From positions 96,001 through 160,000 of the forward strand of contig JBMNIH010000010.1 of assembly GCA_050950825.1 (NCBI GenBank): DNA of 64,000 bases. The letters are read 5' to 3'. Origin of the DNA: Clostridia bacterium. Lineage in GTDB: Bacteria > Bacillota > Clostridia > JAAYHZ01. Below are positions 1 through 10,367 of this stretch, piece after piece; position 1 is the stretch's first letter; every line of letters begins with the position of its first letter. The position numbers and the translations under genes are program-made. A model generated the notes under the pieces. It saw nothing but the letters and a program-made list of their open reading frames with translations, made no database searches and was not told the origin of the DNA.

Positions 1-38
1 CCAGTATATGCGAATGATAGGAAAATGTCAACAATCGG

Positions 39-1292
39 TTAGGGCAATTCCTGACAAACCCTATCCAAAACATAGCGGATCAAATCCTCTTTTTTGTTTT
101 TTACGCGACCTTCGATGACCTCGTCGACCAACCGGTCCAAGGTTTTTCCGATTCGAATCCCTTCCTCGATTCCTATTTCCTTCAAATCGTTTCCGTTTAC
201 CTTAAGCGAAGAAACGGACCAGCAGTAATCCCCGGAAAGAATACGATATGCCGTATTACGGCAGTCTTCTATAAGCTTTAATTGTTCACAGCCTGCATTT
301 AGTCCTTTTAGGCGAGCCTCTTTGACATCTAATATTTTCATATACATGGAAGGAGAAAGTCTCTTAAAATGCTTTAAAACGCTTTCTAAACCGTTTTCTA
401 ACCTCAAGGAAGCGTTTTCAACCAGAAAACAAGTTTTTTGAAGGGTATCTTTGTCATACTTTAAATCCTGCAGCGTTCTTTTTGCAAAAAGAGCGCTTTC
501 CGAGGGATTTTCTTTCGTATCGGAAAATAACAGGGCAAGCCTTACGACCAAATCCTTCGGCGCGCTTATCATACTTTTCGGTATGTCGTTTCTTTCGGAA
601 ATTTTGCATTCCGGAACAAGGAGATCAAAAATATCGGAAAACTCCGTCAAAACCTCGGCAACGAAATCTCCCAATAGCAGCTTGTTAAACTCATTTACGA
701 TTCTTTCCGCCGAAATTTTTAAAAGCAAGGACTTGTATTGATGAGCGGCTTTTTTCGTATTTTCTTCGATGAAATAGGATAGAACCGATGAAAACCGAAG
801 CGCTCGCAAAATCCGCAAAGCGTCTTCCGTAAACCGCTTGCTCGGATCTCCCACGCAGCGGATGGTCTTTTTCTCTAAATCCGCCAAGCCTCCGAAAAAA
901 TCCGCCAATCCTTTTGTAGGATGATAAGCCATGGCATTGATCGTAAAATCCCTTCGGCTTAAATCCTCTTTTAAGCTGTCGGTAAAAGAAACTCGATCCG
1001 GCCTTCGGTAATCCGAATATTCGGAATCCGTGCGGTAAGCGGTAATTTGAATGTCCATATCGGGAAATACCGCGGTAACGGTTCCGAATCGGATGCCTGT
1101 ATCCACCGTCGTAAAATCCGAAAAACAATCCTTGATTTCATCCGGCTTTGCATCGGTACAGACATCCCAATCGTAAGGCTCTTTTCCAAGGAGGGAGTCT
1201 CGTACGCAGCCTCCTACGATATAGGCTTCAAAGCCTTTTTGCTCCAATCGATTCAACACAAAGGAAACGGAATTCGGAAGCCGTATATCCAT
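39..1292 (-). CDS. cca: CCA tRNA nucleotidyltransferase
   Basis: Class II nucleotidyltransferase motifs VGGCVRD..DWD, RRDFTINAM, EDALRILRALRF; 417 aa. Confidence 0.92.
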   Translation of the reverse strand: MDIRLPNSVSFVLNRLEQKGFEAYIVGGCVRDSLLGKEPYDWDVCTDAKPDEIKDCFSDFTTVDTGIRFGTVTAVFPDMDIQITAYRTDSEYSDYRRPDRVSFTDSLKEDLSRRDFTINAMAYHPTKGLADFFGGLADLEKKTIRCVGDPSKRFTEDALRILRALRFSSVLSYFIEENTKKAAHQYKSLLLKISAERIVNEFNKLLLGDFVAEVLTEFSDIFDLLVPECKISERNDIPKSMISAPKDLVVRLALLFSDTKENPSESALFAKRTLQDLKYDKDTLQKTCFLVENASLRLENGLESVLKHFKRLSPSMYMKILDVKEARLKGLNAGCEQLKLIEDCRNTAYRILSGDYCWSVSSLKVNGNDLKEIGIEEGIRIGKTLDRLVDEVIEGRVKNKKEDLIRYVLDRVCQELP

Positions 1293-1306
1293 AAAACAAC
1301 ATTCCT

Positions 1307-2461
1307 TTACGAATGATAATCCTCCGGTCGTTCTTTTAAAATGTCGAATTCATATAATATTGCGTCAACAATGCGCTTTGATGCGTTTCCGTCTCCGTAA
1401 GGATTGCAAGCTCTGGCCATTCGGTCGTAAACCTTTTCGTCCTCCATCAGTTCGGCGATCATGCTTGCGATGACCTCGCGATCGGTTCCGGCAAGCTTTA
1501 CGGTACCGGCTTGCACCGCTTCTTGCCTTTCCGTTTCATTTCTTAAAACCAACACCGGTTTTCCCAAAGCGGGACCCTCCTCCTGCAGTCCTCCGGAGTC
1601 CGTTACGATCATATAGGATCGCGCCATTAAATTGTGCATGTCCCAAAGACCTAAAGGATCGATTAAATGAATGCGTTCGTGGCGCAGGGTCGGGTATACG
1701 ATTTCCCTTACGGCCGGGTTCATATGAACGGCATAAATTACTTCCGCATCGTCAAAACGCTCCACCGTATCCAATAGAGCATTGCAAATATTCACCAACG
1801 GCTGTCCTATATTTTCTCTTCGGTGAGCCGTAACGGAGATGACTCTTTTATTGGAAAAATCATAGTTTTGTAAAAACGAATCTTGGAATTGATAATCCGG
1901 CTTTACGGAATTTTTTACAACGTCGATGGATGTGTTCCCGGTAATATAGATATGCTCCGGACCGATTCCTTCTCGAAGCAAATTGTTCTTGTTTTCCCGT
2001 GTGGGTGCAAAATGCAAATCCGCTAATCGCCCGGTTAAAACGCGATTCATTTCTTCAGGGAAAGGAAGGTATTTGTCGAAAGATCGAAGCCCCGCTTCCA
2101 CGTGACCGCAAGGGACTTTTCCGTAGAAAGAAGCCAATGCACAAGAAAGGCATGTGTTGGTATCCCCGTGAACCAAGGTTAAATCCGGTTTTTCTGCAAG
2201 CAGCACTTCCTTGAAGCCCTTTAAAATGTCCGCCGTAACCGATTCAAGGGATTGTCGGGGCTTCATAACCTGCAAATCGTAATCCGGTTTGATGCCGAAC
2301 GCTTCAAGCACCTGGTCCAACATCTCCTTATGCTGACCGGTGCTGCAAACTACAAGGTCTATATACTCGCATTCTCTCAGTGCCCGGATCAGCGGCGCCA
2401 TTTTAATGGCATCCGGCCGCGTTCCGAAAACAGGTAGTACTTTAATTTTCCTCATCTTCAT
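1307..2461 (-). CDS. wecB: UDP-N-acetylglucosamine 2-epimerase (non-hydrolysing)
   Basis: FGTRPDAIKMAP, TGQH, VHGDT, HVEAGLRS, DSGGLQEE, NPYGDG motifs; start placed at ATG 2461 after AAAGGCGG rather than 2518. Confidence 0.93.
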   Translation of the reverse strand: MKMRKIKVLPVFGTRPDAIKMAPLIRALRECEYIDLVVCSTGQHKEMLDQVLEAFGIKPDYDLQVMKPRQSLESVTADILKGFKEVLLAEKPDLTLVHGDTNTCLSCALASFYGKVPCGHVEAGLRSFDKYLPFPEEMNRVLTGRLADLHFAPTRENKNNLLREGIGPEHIYITGNTSIDVVKNSVKPDYQFQDSFLQNYDFSNKRVISVTAHRRENIGQPLVNICNALLDTVERFDDAEVIYAVHMNPAVREIVYPTLRHERIHLIDPLGLWDMHNLMARSYMIVTDSGGLQEEGPALGKPVLVLRNETERQEAVQAGTVKLAGTDREVIASMIAELMEDEKVYDRMARACNPYGDGNASKRIVDAILYEFDILKERPEDYHS

Positions 2462-2468
2462 ACCGCCT

Positions 2469-3650
2469 TTACATGATTTGATTTTCGTCTTGGGAAGGAT
2501 TCTCCGGGTTTTGTTCAAGCTCTTCCGTACCGTTAAAGCTATTCGTCGTCGTTGCCCCGTCCTTTTGATTTTCTGCCGACAAGCGCATCTTTTCGGCGAA
2601 CTCTTTCATATATCGAATGCCGATAAAGATAACAACAAAGATAACAATCAACAAATACGCACCGTATTTAAGCCGATCGGCGGCTAAGGCCACGGCGCAG
2701 ATGCCGAAGGCGGCACTGGCCACATAAAGCGTCAGCACGCTCCATCTTTGGCTTAATCCCATGTCAATCAAACGGTGGTGCAAATGAGCTCGGTCTCTTT
2801 TGGCAATGGCCTTGCCGTTTTTTAATCTGCGGAAAAAAGCAAAGACGGCATCGAATAGCGGAATGGCCAATATGAGTACCGGCAAAACTATGGAAATGGC
2901 CGCATAGGATTTTAAGGTTCCTTGTATGGTGATGATGCCTAATGTAAAGCCCAGAAAGGCGGCACCGGTTTCGCCCATAAATATTTTGGCGGGATTCATG
3001 TTAAAAGGTAAAAATCCCAAACAGGAACCGGCAATGGCGATGGTAATAATCGTGGTATACAGCTTCACCCCGTCGGAAATATCCGTTCGGCTTAGGGTTA
3101 CAACAAACAAGCTCAAAGAACAAATGGCCGATACCCCGGCTGCCAAACCGTCCAAGCCGTCTATCAAGTTAATGGCGTTGGTGATGGCTACAATCCAGAG
3201 AATAGCGACCAAATAGGAGATAACCGGATTCAAGTGCAGCATTTTTCCGTCGTCACTTAAAAACATGGTGACGTTTTCGATTCTCGTATTGGATATGAAA
3301 ACGGTAAAAGCCGCTGCAACGGTTTGAAAAATCAACTTTTGCCAAGGCTTTATACCGTAAATGTCGTCGTAGATACCGTAACCGATAACAATGATGGATC
3401 CGCCTAACATCCCTAAAACCTTTACGTTATCGTATGGGAAGGAGTTTCCGCCTAGCCAGTTGTATAATATGGCTCCCCAAAATCCCAAAAAGATGGCAAG
3501 CCCTCCGATCAAAGGTATGGGTCTTTTATGCATCCTTGTTTCGTCTTTAGGGACATCAATGGCACCTACTTTCCATGCAATTTTAGCTGCAATAGGTGTC
3601 GAAAAAAATGCCAGAACAAATGCAATCATGAAAACAAGCAAATATTCCAC
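2469..3650 (-). CDS. tagO: MraY-family undecaprenyl-phosphate GlcNAc-1-phosphate transferase (TagO/WecA)
   Basis: Multi-TM; GIYDD, NAINLIDGLDGLA, NPAKIFMGETG, HLHHRL motifs. Confidence 0.88.
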   Translation of the reverse strand: MEYLLVFMIAFVLAFFSTPIAAKIAWKVGAIDVPKDETRMHKRPIPLIGGLAIFLGFWGAILYNWLGGNSFPYDNVKVLGMLGGSIIVIGYGIYDDIYGIKPWQKLIFQTVAAAFTVFISNTRIENVTMFLSDDGKMLHLNPVISYLVAILWIVAITNAINLIDGLDGLAAGVSAICSLSLFVVTLSRTDISDGVKLYTTIITIAIAGSCLGFLPFNMNPAKIFMGETGAAFLGFTLGIITIQGTLKSYAAISIVLPVLILAIPLFDAVFAFFRRLKNGKAIAKRDRAHLHHRLIDMGLSQRWSVLTLYVASAAFGICAVALAADRLKYGAYLLIVIFVVIFIGIRYMKEFAEKMRLSAENQKDGATTTNSFNGTEELEQNPENPSQDENQIM

Positions 3651-3655
3651 TTATG

Positions 3656-4117
3656 TCACCGATCTTCTTGATCCTTTCCCGTATATTTTTCGGTGGATAT
3701 GCCGGCTTCCTTCAAAAGCTCCATCGCCAAGGGATCCGGATACTCCCCTTTGTATACGATCCGCTTAATCCCGGCGTTGATAATCATTTTTGAACATAAG
3801 GAGCAAGGCTGTGTGGTTACATACAAGGTTCCGCCCTCTAGGCTGATACCGGAATAAGCCGCTTGCACGATTGCATTTTGCTCGGCATGGATGGCTCTAC
3901 ACAGCTCGTGATTTTTACCGGACGGAACATTCAATTTTTCTCTCATACAGCCTACATCGGCACAATGGGCGCATCCTACAGGAGCGCCGTTATATCCCGT
4001 CGTTAAAATGCGCTTGTCTTTAACAACCAGCGCTCCGACCTGCCTTCGAAGACATGTGGATCTTGTCTTAATAATTTCGACAATCTCCATAAAGTACTCA
4101 TCCCATGAAGGTCTCAT
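3656..4117 (-). CDS. dCMP deaminase family (ComEB-like)
   Basis: [30 protein letters not shown] zinc motifs. Confidence 0.9.
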   Translation of the reverse strand: MRPSWDEYFMEIVEIIKTRSTCLRRQVGALVVKDKRILTTGYNGAPVGCAHCADVGCMREKLNVPSGKNHELCRAIHAEQNAIVQAAYSGISLEGGTLYVTTQPCSLCSKMIINAGIKRIVYKGEYPDPLAMELLKEAGISTEKYTGKDQEDR

Positions 4118-4138
4118 ATGTTTAGTCCTTTTTTCTTG

Positions 4139-4768
4139 TTATTTTGTTCCGAATAATCGGTCCCCTGCATCCCCTAAACCGGGTACGATATAGGCATGAT
4201 CGTTTAATTCTTCGTCTACCGCTGCGCAATAAATATCTACATCCGGATGATCGCGGTTGATACGTTCCACACCGGTTCTCGCGGCAATCAAGCATACCAA
4301 TTTGATGTTGGTAATTCCTCTGTTCTTTAAAAACCTTATTGCGGCGGAAGCGGAACCTCCGGTAGCCAGCATGGGATCCAATACCACCATGTCTCGTTCG
4401 GCGGCATCGGAGGGCAGCTTGCAGTAGTATTCCACCGGTTCCAACGTTTCCGGATCTCGGTACAAACCGATATGCCCTACCTTGGCCATAGGCAAAAGCT
4501 TCAGCATTCCGTCCACCATTCCCAGACCCGCTCTTAAAATCGGGACCAAGCCCAGCTTCTTACCGGAAATCACTTTTGCATGGGCGATACCCACAGGGGT
4601 TTCAACGTCCACTTCCTTCAAAGGCAAATCTCTTGTTACTTCGTAAGCCATTAACATGGCAACTTCGCTTACAAGCTCTCTGAATTCTTTTGTTCCCGTA
4701 TTCTTGTCTCTGAGTAATGATATTTTGTGCTGTATTAAGGGGTGATCAAACTCGAACACTCTCTGCAT
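4139..4768 (-). CDS. upp: uracil phosphoribosyltransferase (has its own SD and ATG; in frame with upstream rpiB)
   Basis: [43 protein letters not shown]; AGGAGG upstream of ATG 4768; 209 aa. Confidence 0.95.
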   Translation of the reverse strand: MQRVFEFDHPLIQHKISLLRDKNTGTKEFRELVSEVAMLMAYEVTRDLPLKEVDVETPVGIAHAKVISGKKLGLVPILRAGLGMVDGMLKLLPMAKVGHIGLYRDPETLEPVEYYCKLPSDAAERDMVVLDPMLATGGSASAAIRFLKNRGITNIKLVCLIAARTGVERINRDHPDVDIYCAAVDEELNDHAYIVPGLGDAGDRLFGTK

Positions 4769-5269
4769 GTATTGACATCCTCCTGTTTCTTTAGATTGAT
4801 TTATGCTAGAATATAATTTATCCAATCGATTGATTTTTTCTACTCTTCTTTGATGGCGAGAATTTTCACTGTCGTCAAATGGAGTGTCCAGCCATGCTTG
4901 AACGGTTTCCACCGCCGTGTTCGGATCAATGATTCTGCCACCTAAAGCAATGACGTTGGCATTGTTATGCTCTCCGCTTAATCGGCCCATTTCGGGATTT
5001 GTGCACAATGCCGCACGAATGCCGGGGAATTTATTTGCAGCAATGGATACGCCGATACCCGTTCCACATAATAAAATGCCTTTATCGGCATCTTTTCGAA
5101 TAATGGCGCTGCATACCTTTTCTACATAATCGGGATAGTCTACGGATTCTTGATCGTCAAAGGTACCAAAGTCCAATACTTCTATATTTCTTTCTTTCAA
5201 GCAATCAATAATCGGCTGCTTTAAAACAAAACCGCCGTGATCCGCTCCTATAGCTATTCTCACTTTCAA
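4769..5269 (-). CDS. rpiB: ribose-5-phosphate isomerase B (no stop codon before upp in this sequence)
   Basis: [41 protein letters not shown]; TTG start with AAGGAG. Confidence 0.92.
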
Positions 5270-5354
5270 ATGATCTCCTTCAACCTTTTTTGTTATTATA
5301 ACATATCCAATTCACGCTGAAAATACCCATGATCGAAACGAAACCTTCCGATTT

Positions 5355-6392
5355 CTACAAATTCATGACGTTTTCTCCTGCCGCTTTTTTCATTCGATTC
5401 ATGATGGAAGTATACAGACCCTTGCCTTCCAGATACGTGGCATATATAACGTTGATATCGGTTTTGTCAATTTTCCTTAGAACCGAGAACAAATTCCCTG
5501 CAATCCGGGAAGCGTCCGTCATAGGACCCAAATCAAACACTCTTTTTCCTTTAAAATAGTGTGTCCATTCTTCCACGGTCAAAACGCACGCCTTTTCCCC
5601 TTCCTTTTTCTCATAAATACCGTCCACGTATTCGGATACCTTCACCGGGTCCCCTCGTAAAAGCAGCATCTTGGCTCTCGGGGCATAGTGACGGTACTTC
5701 ATTCCCGGAGCTTTCGGGATTCCGTCTTTCATGCTCGTATCGGAAGCTTGTATCGTGTCGGGATTGATAAAAGACAAATCCTCCAACGTGATAAAGCCCG
5801 GCCGCAAAATCACGGCAGGCTTTCTCGTTATATCCAGCACCGTAGATTCCAATCCGTAAACGGAATTTCCCCCGCAAAGAATTACATCCACTTTTCCGTT
5901 TAAATCGTCAATGACGTGGGAAGCCTCGGTGGTGCTGGGCCGTCCCGATAAATTGGCGCTAGGCGCCGCAATGGGAACCCCTGCTTTTTGAATCAAAAGC
6001 CGAGCAACCGCATGAGAAGGACACCGTATTCCCACGGTAGAAAGCCCTGCCGTAACCGAATCCGGAATAATCGGCTTTTTCTTCATAACCAAAGTTAAAG
6101 GACCGGGCCAAAAATGATCCATATACACTTTTGCAAGAGGGTCTTCCAAATAGACGTATTCCTCGACACGGCTCGGGTCCGACAAATGAACAATCAAGGG
6201 ATTGTCCGAAGGCCGGCCTTTGGCTTCGTATATTTTACTAGCGGCATGAATATCCAAAGCGTTGCATCCCAATCCGTATACCGTTTCGGTAGGAAAAGCC
6301 ACAAGACCGCCGTTTTTGATTACTTCGGCGGCATACCGAATAGCGGACATGTCTTTTTGAGGGTCCGTAATCTCTAAAATTTTCGTTTTCAT
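5355..6392 (-). CDS. sua5: L-threonylcarbamoyladenylate synthase (Sua5/TsaC with SUA5 C-terminal domain)
   Basis: VAFPTETVYGLG, KGRPSDNPLIVH, APSANLSGRPS, PGMKYRHYAP. Confidence 0.93.
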   Translation of the reverse strand: MKTKILEITDPQKDMSAIRYAAEVIKNGGLVAFPTETVYGLGCNALDIHAASKIYEAKGRPSDNPLIVHLSDPSRVEEYVYLEDPLAKVYMDHFWPGPLTLVMKKKPIIPDSVTAGLSTVGIRCPSHAVARLLIQKAGVPIAAPSANLSGRPSTTEASHVIDDLNGKVDVILCGGNSVYGLESTVLDITRKPAVILRPGFITLEDLSFINPDTIQASDTSMKDGIPKAPGMKYRHYAPRAKMLLLRGDPVKVSEYVDGIYEKKEGEKACVLTVEEWTHYFKGKRVFDLGPMTDASRIAGNLFSVLRKIDKTDINVIYATYLEGKGLYTSIMNRMKKAAGENVMNL

Positions 6393-6397
6393 TCCGC

Positions 6398-7468
6398 TTA
6401 CAACCCGCTTTCAGCCAGCTTTTTCGCTTGATCATAAGCAATAAGAGGTTCGATTAAAGAATCCAAGTCGCCCTCCAAAATGTTCTCCAGTTGATAAACC
6501 GTAAGGCCGATGCGGTGGTCCGTCACCCGCCCTTGAGGGAAGTTGTACGTTCGAATTCTTTCGCTTCGATCTCCCGTTCCCACTTGGCTTCTTCGGTTTT
6601 CCGCCACTTCGTTGGCTTGCTCCGCTTTGGCCATGTCGTTTAGCCGGGATTTTAATATCCGAAGAGCTTTATCCTTGTTTTTATGCTGGGATCGCTGGTC
6701 TTGGCACGTGACCACCAATCCGGTAGGCAAATGGGTAATGCGAATAGCGGAGGAGGTTTTGTTAACGTGCTGTCCTCCCGCACCGGAAGAACGATAGGTA
6801 TCAATCTGCAAATCGTTGGGATTGATGTCCACCTCTACGTCCTCCACCTCCGGCATAACGGCCACGGTAACCGTGGACGTATGAATTCTTCCTCCGGACT
6901 CGGTAACCGGGATTCGCTGCACCCGATGAACTCCGCTTTCGTATTTCATCTTAGAGTAAACGCCCTTGCCCTCCAAAATGAATATGACTTCCTTAAAGCC
7001 TCCCAGTTCGTTTTCGTTGCAGTCGATCATTTCCGCCGCCCAGCCCTTGTTCTCCGCGTATCGCATATACATTCTGAAAAGGTCGGCGGCAAATAAAGCC
7101 GCTTCGTCTCCTCCGGCTCCGCCTCGTATTTCTATAATCACGTTCTTTTCGTCGTTGGGATCTTTCGGAAGCATCAAAATTTTAAGCTCGTTTTCAAGCT
7201 TTTCCTTTAATTCCTTGTTTTCATCCAACTCGGCTTGGGCAAGCTCCCGCAATTCGGGGTCCGGCTTATCCTCCAATAACTCTAAAGCTTCCCGAATATT
7301 GGTTACGACCTTCTTGTATTCATTGTATTTTTCTACGATCGGCTCTAAGTCCGATCGTTCTTTCATCAAGCGTGCATATTTATCTTGATTGGAGAGGATC
7401 GACGGATCGGTTAGCATCCGATCGATCTCTTCAAATCGATTTAAAACCGCATCAAATTTATCAAACAT
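6398..7468 (-). CDS. prfA: peptide chain release factor 1
   Basis: PVT anticodon-mimic motif (RIPVTES), GGQ motif, [14 protein letters not shown]. Confidence 0.97.
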   Translation of the reverse strand: MFDKFDAVLNRFEEIDRMLTDPSILSNQDKYARLMKERSDLEPIVEKYNEYKKVVTNIREALELLEDKPDPELRELAQAELDENKELKEKLENELKILMLPKDPNDEKNVIIEIRGGAGGDEAALFAADLFRMYMRYAENKGWAAEMIDCNENELGGFKEVIFILEGKGVYSKMKYESGVHRVQRIPVTESGGRIHTSTVTVAVMPEVEDVEVDINPNDLQIDTYRSSGAGGQHVNKTSSAIRITHLPTGLVVTCQDQRSQHKNKDKALRILKSRLNDMAKAEQANEVAENRRSQVGTGDRSERIRTYNFPQGRVTDHRIGLTVYQLENILEGDLDSLIEPLIAYDQAKKLAESGL

Positions 7469-7479
7469 TCAGCACCTCA

Positions 7480-8646
7480 TTAATGGTGGAACAATCTTTT
7501 TCCGGTGAACACCATCACCATTCCGTATTCGTTGCATGCTTCAATAACCAAGTCGTCTCGGATGGATCCGCCGGGCTGCACCACATATTTTACACCGGAT
7601 CGAGACGCCCTGTCTATATTATCCCGAAACGGGAAGAAAGCATCCGAACCCAATACAACATCCGTAAATTGGCTCAGCCACATCCGCTTTTCTTCGTAGG
7701 TTAACCGCTCCGGAACCTTTTCAAACATGGTTTCCCAATATTCGTTTTCCTGCTCCGTAATATGATCCCTTAAGAAGGTATCAATGGCGTTGTCCTTGTC
7801 CGCCTTTCCCAATCCTTCCTTGAATTGCAACGATAAAACCGCCGGGTGCTGCCTCAAAAGCCAAAAGTCCGCCTTGTCTCCGGCCAATCGGGTACAGTGA
7901 ATTCGGGCCTGCTGACCGGCTCCGTTTCCGATGACTTGTCCGTCGTAAACGTAGCAAACGGAATTGGACTGGGTATATTTCAAAGTAATCAAGGCCAAGA
8001 TCATATCTCTTTTCGCCGAATCCGGCAAATCCTTGTTCTTTGTAACAATATTGGTCAAATCCTTTACGGAAGGAATATCGTCGTTTCTTCTTTGTTCGAA
8101 GGTGATACCGAAAATCTGCTTCTTTTCCTGCGGAACCGGCTCATAAGAAGGATCGATTTGAATGATATTATAGCTTCCTTTCCTTTTGGACTTTAAAATC
8201 TCCAAGGCCTCGGGGGTATAGGAAGGAGCGATGATTCCGTCCGACACTTCGTTTTTCAACAGCAAAGCCGCCGATTCGTCCACCTCGTCGCTGAATGCGG
8301 CAAAGTCGCCGTAGGAAGCTACACGGTCGGCTCCTCTCGCCCGTGCATAAGCGCATGCAATCGGCGATAACTTCGCATTCGGATCAATATGATATGCCTT
8401 CTTCAAGGATTCGGTTAGCGGAAGACCCAATGCGGCACCGGCCGGGGATACGTGCTTAAAGGAGGCCGCCGCCGGAAGATTTATAGACTGTCTTAGCTCT
8501 TTGACCAATTGCCATGCATTCAGAGCGTCCATAAAGTTAATGTAGCCGGGATTTCCGTTTAATATCTTCAAGGGCATAGCTTGATTTTCGCAGTAAATGG
8601 TTGCAGGTTTTTGATGAGGATTGCATCCGTATTTTAATTCAAACAT
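7480..8646 (-). CDS. purH: AICAR formyltransferase (PurH transformylase domain only, no N-terminal IMP cyclohydrolase domain)
   Basis: LKYGCNPHQ, SFKHVSPAGAA, KYTQSNSV, SDAFFPFRD, QPGGSIRD, RLFHH. Confidence 0.88.
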   Translation of the reverse strand: MFELKYGCNPHQKPATIYCENQAMPLKILNGNPGYINFMDALNAWQLVKELRQSINLPAAASFKHVSPAGAALGLPLTESLKKAYHIDPNAKLSPIACAYARARGADRVASYGDFAAFSDEVDESAALLLKNEVSDGIIAPSYTPEALEILKSKRKGSYNIIQIDPSYEPVPQEKKQIFGITFEQRRNDDIPSVKDLTNIVTKNKDLPDSAKRDMILALITLKYTQSNSVCYVYDGQVIGNGAGQQARIHCTRLAGDKADFWLLRQHPAVLSLQFKEGLGKADKDNAIDTFLRDHITEQENEYWETMFEKVPERLTYEEKRMWLSQFTDVVLGSDAFFPFRDNIDRASRSGVKYVVQPGGSIRDDLVIEACNEYGMVMVFTGKRLFHH

Positions 8647-8744
8647 AAGTCGCTTCTGATTTTTTCTACCTAAAAAATCAGAATTACACCGCCTTTCATT
8701 TATTTTAATATGCTTTAAATCTTCGGATATCGTTTATTTTGTTC

Positions 8745-8773
8745 ATTATATACACAATTACGCCGCCTTGCAA
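8745..8773 (-). promoter_or_regulatory. sigmaA-type promoter of purH-prfA-sua5
   Basis: TTGCAA-17 bp-TATAAT on minus strand. Confidence 0.65.
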
Positions 8774-8784
8774 TGAAAATGGAA

Positions 8785-9354
8785 TCAAGGCTTTCGAGAC
8801 CACAGCCCCTCGTTGGAAGTGGATATGGCTAAAGCTCCGTTTTCTAAAGCCGATTCCACGTCCGAAAGCGTCGATATCATCCCGCCTGCAATGACCGGAA
8901 TTTTCACCCTGTTGCAAAAATCCCGGGTGACTTGATGCATAATACCGGGCAAAATCTCCACTACGGTGGGTTTGGTGGATTCGATTACGGAGATGGCCGT
9001 GTCGACGGACAAGCTGTCTACCAAAAAGAAGCGTTGAATGCCGCAGTACCCTTTGGAAACGGCATATTTAATGGGCTGGCTACGGGTACTGATCATCCCG
9101 TCCACTTCATGCTTATTAAACAAATAGTCCACGGCGCTGTTGTTAGAGCCCAAGCCGTCAATAAAGTCAAAATGGACGGCACAAGCCTTTCCCTTTCTTT
9201 TTATAAGCTCAATATTCTCTTCCATTTTAAAAAGAGACGTCTTTAAAAGAAATATAACGACGGCGTCGGAGTTCAATGCATTATGCAGTTGTCGGTCGTC
9301 TCTTACCGCGGCTATGACCGGATTCTTTTTTAAATAATAAAGTAACTTGTCCAT
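8785..9354 (-). CDS. glpP: glycerol-3-phosphate responsive antiterminator GlpP family
   Basis: NPVIAAVRD, HFDFIDGL, ISTR, IQRFFLVDS, EILPG, IAGGMI, ISTS. Confidence 0.88.
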   Translation of the reverse strand: MDKLLYYLKKNPVIAAVRDDRQLHNALNSDAVVIFLLKTSLFKMEENIELIKRKGKACAVHFDFIDGLGSNNSAVDYLFNKHEVDGMISTRSQPIKYAVSKGYCGIQRFFLVDSLSVDTAISVIESTKPTVVEILPGIMHQVTRDFCNRVKIPVIAGGMISTLSDVESALENGALAISTSNEGLWSRKP

Positions 9355-9467
9355 ACAATAATTATATCACAACCGCTTCGGTAAAGAAAAAAGCTTTACG
9401 GATATTTACACCCAATAGGAAGGGTGTTAAAATATGAGAATGATTTATAGAAAAGGATATTGGGTAA

Positions 9468-10367
9468 ATGAAGCACATTTTTATCGTAAACCCGGTTGCA
9501 GGGAAAGGAAAAACATTAAGTGTAATCCCATCCATAAAAAAATATTTTGAAGATAACCCGGGAGATACATTTGAGATATATTTAACCGAAAGAAGGGCAC
9601 ATGCTACCGAGCTTGCAAAAAAGGCCGTTTCCGAGGGAACCGGCAGGATCTATTCCGTTGGAGGAGACGGAACCTTAAACGAGGTCTTAAACGGAATGAT
9701 TCATTCGAACTTCACTTTAGGCGTCCTTCCTATGGGCTCCGGCAACGACTTTATTCGAACCTTGTGTCCCGGCATTAACCCTCATGATTTGACCGTAGAA
9801 CAAGTAGTAGAAGGCTCCGAAAAAATCGTCGACTGCGCAAAAGCCAACGATACGTACTTCATTAACGTAGCTTCCGTCGGGTTTGATGCGGAGGTAGCGG
9901 AAAACATGAAGCTGTTCAAAAAAATTCCTCTTGTAAAAGGCGCCCTATCCTATATCCTCAGCATATTTTACACCTTGGTCAACTTAAAACCCTATACCGT
10001 CCGCTACGCCATGAACGATAAAACCGGTTCTTCCGATTACTTGCTGATTGCCGTATGCAACGGAAAATATTACGGCGGAGGCTTTATGCCCGCACCGAAT
10101 GCGGATTTGAACGACGGCTTGTTCGATATATGCCACGTTAAATCCGTAAAAAGAAGAGTCGTATTTCGATGCTTTCCCAAACTGAAAGACGGGACGCATG
10201 AAACCATGCGAGATATTGTTTCCATGCATAAATCCAATTTCATTCATTTACAATCGGATCAAGAAATGTGTCTTAATCTTGACGGAGAAATCTTCAAAGC
10301 CAAAGATATCCGTTTTGAAATTCTTCCTTCATCATTGAAAATTTTAGTTCCGAAAATATCCTCTTAG
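9468..10367 (+). CDS. diacylglycerol/sphingosine kinase family lipid kinase (YegS/DgkB-like)
   Basis: IVNPVAG, GGDGTLNEVLNG, PMGSGNDF, GFDA, YYGGG, NLDGE. Confidence 0.88.
   Translation: MKHIFIVNPVAGKGKTLSVIPSIKKYFEDNPGDTFEIYLTERRAHATELAKKAVSEGTGRIYSVGGDGTLNEVLNGMIHSNFTLGVLPMGSGNDFIRTLCPGINPHDLTVEQVVEGSEKIVDCAKANDTYFINVASVGFDAEVAENMKLFKKIPLVKGALSYILSIFYTLVNLKPYTVRYAMNDKTGSSDYLLIAVCNGKYYGGGFMPAPNADLNDGLFDICHVKSVKRRVVFRCFPKLKDGTHETMRDIVSMHKSNFIHLQSDQEMCLNLDGEIFKAKDIRFEILPSSLKILVPKISS

Noticed and set aside
8647-8745. ZMP/ZTP or purine riboswitch upstream of purH
   Set aside because: The leader is short and AT-rich and lacks the conserved aptamer motifs.
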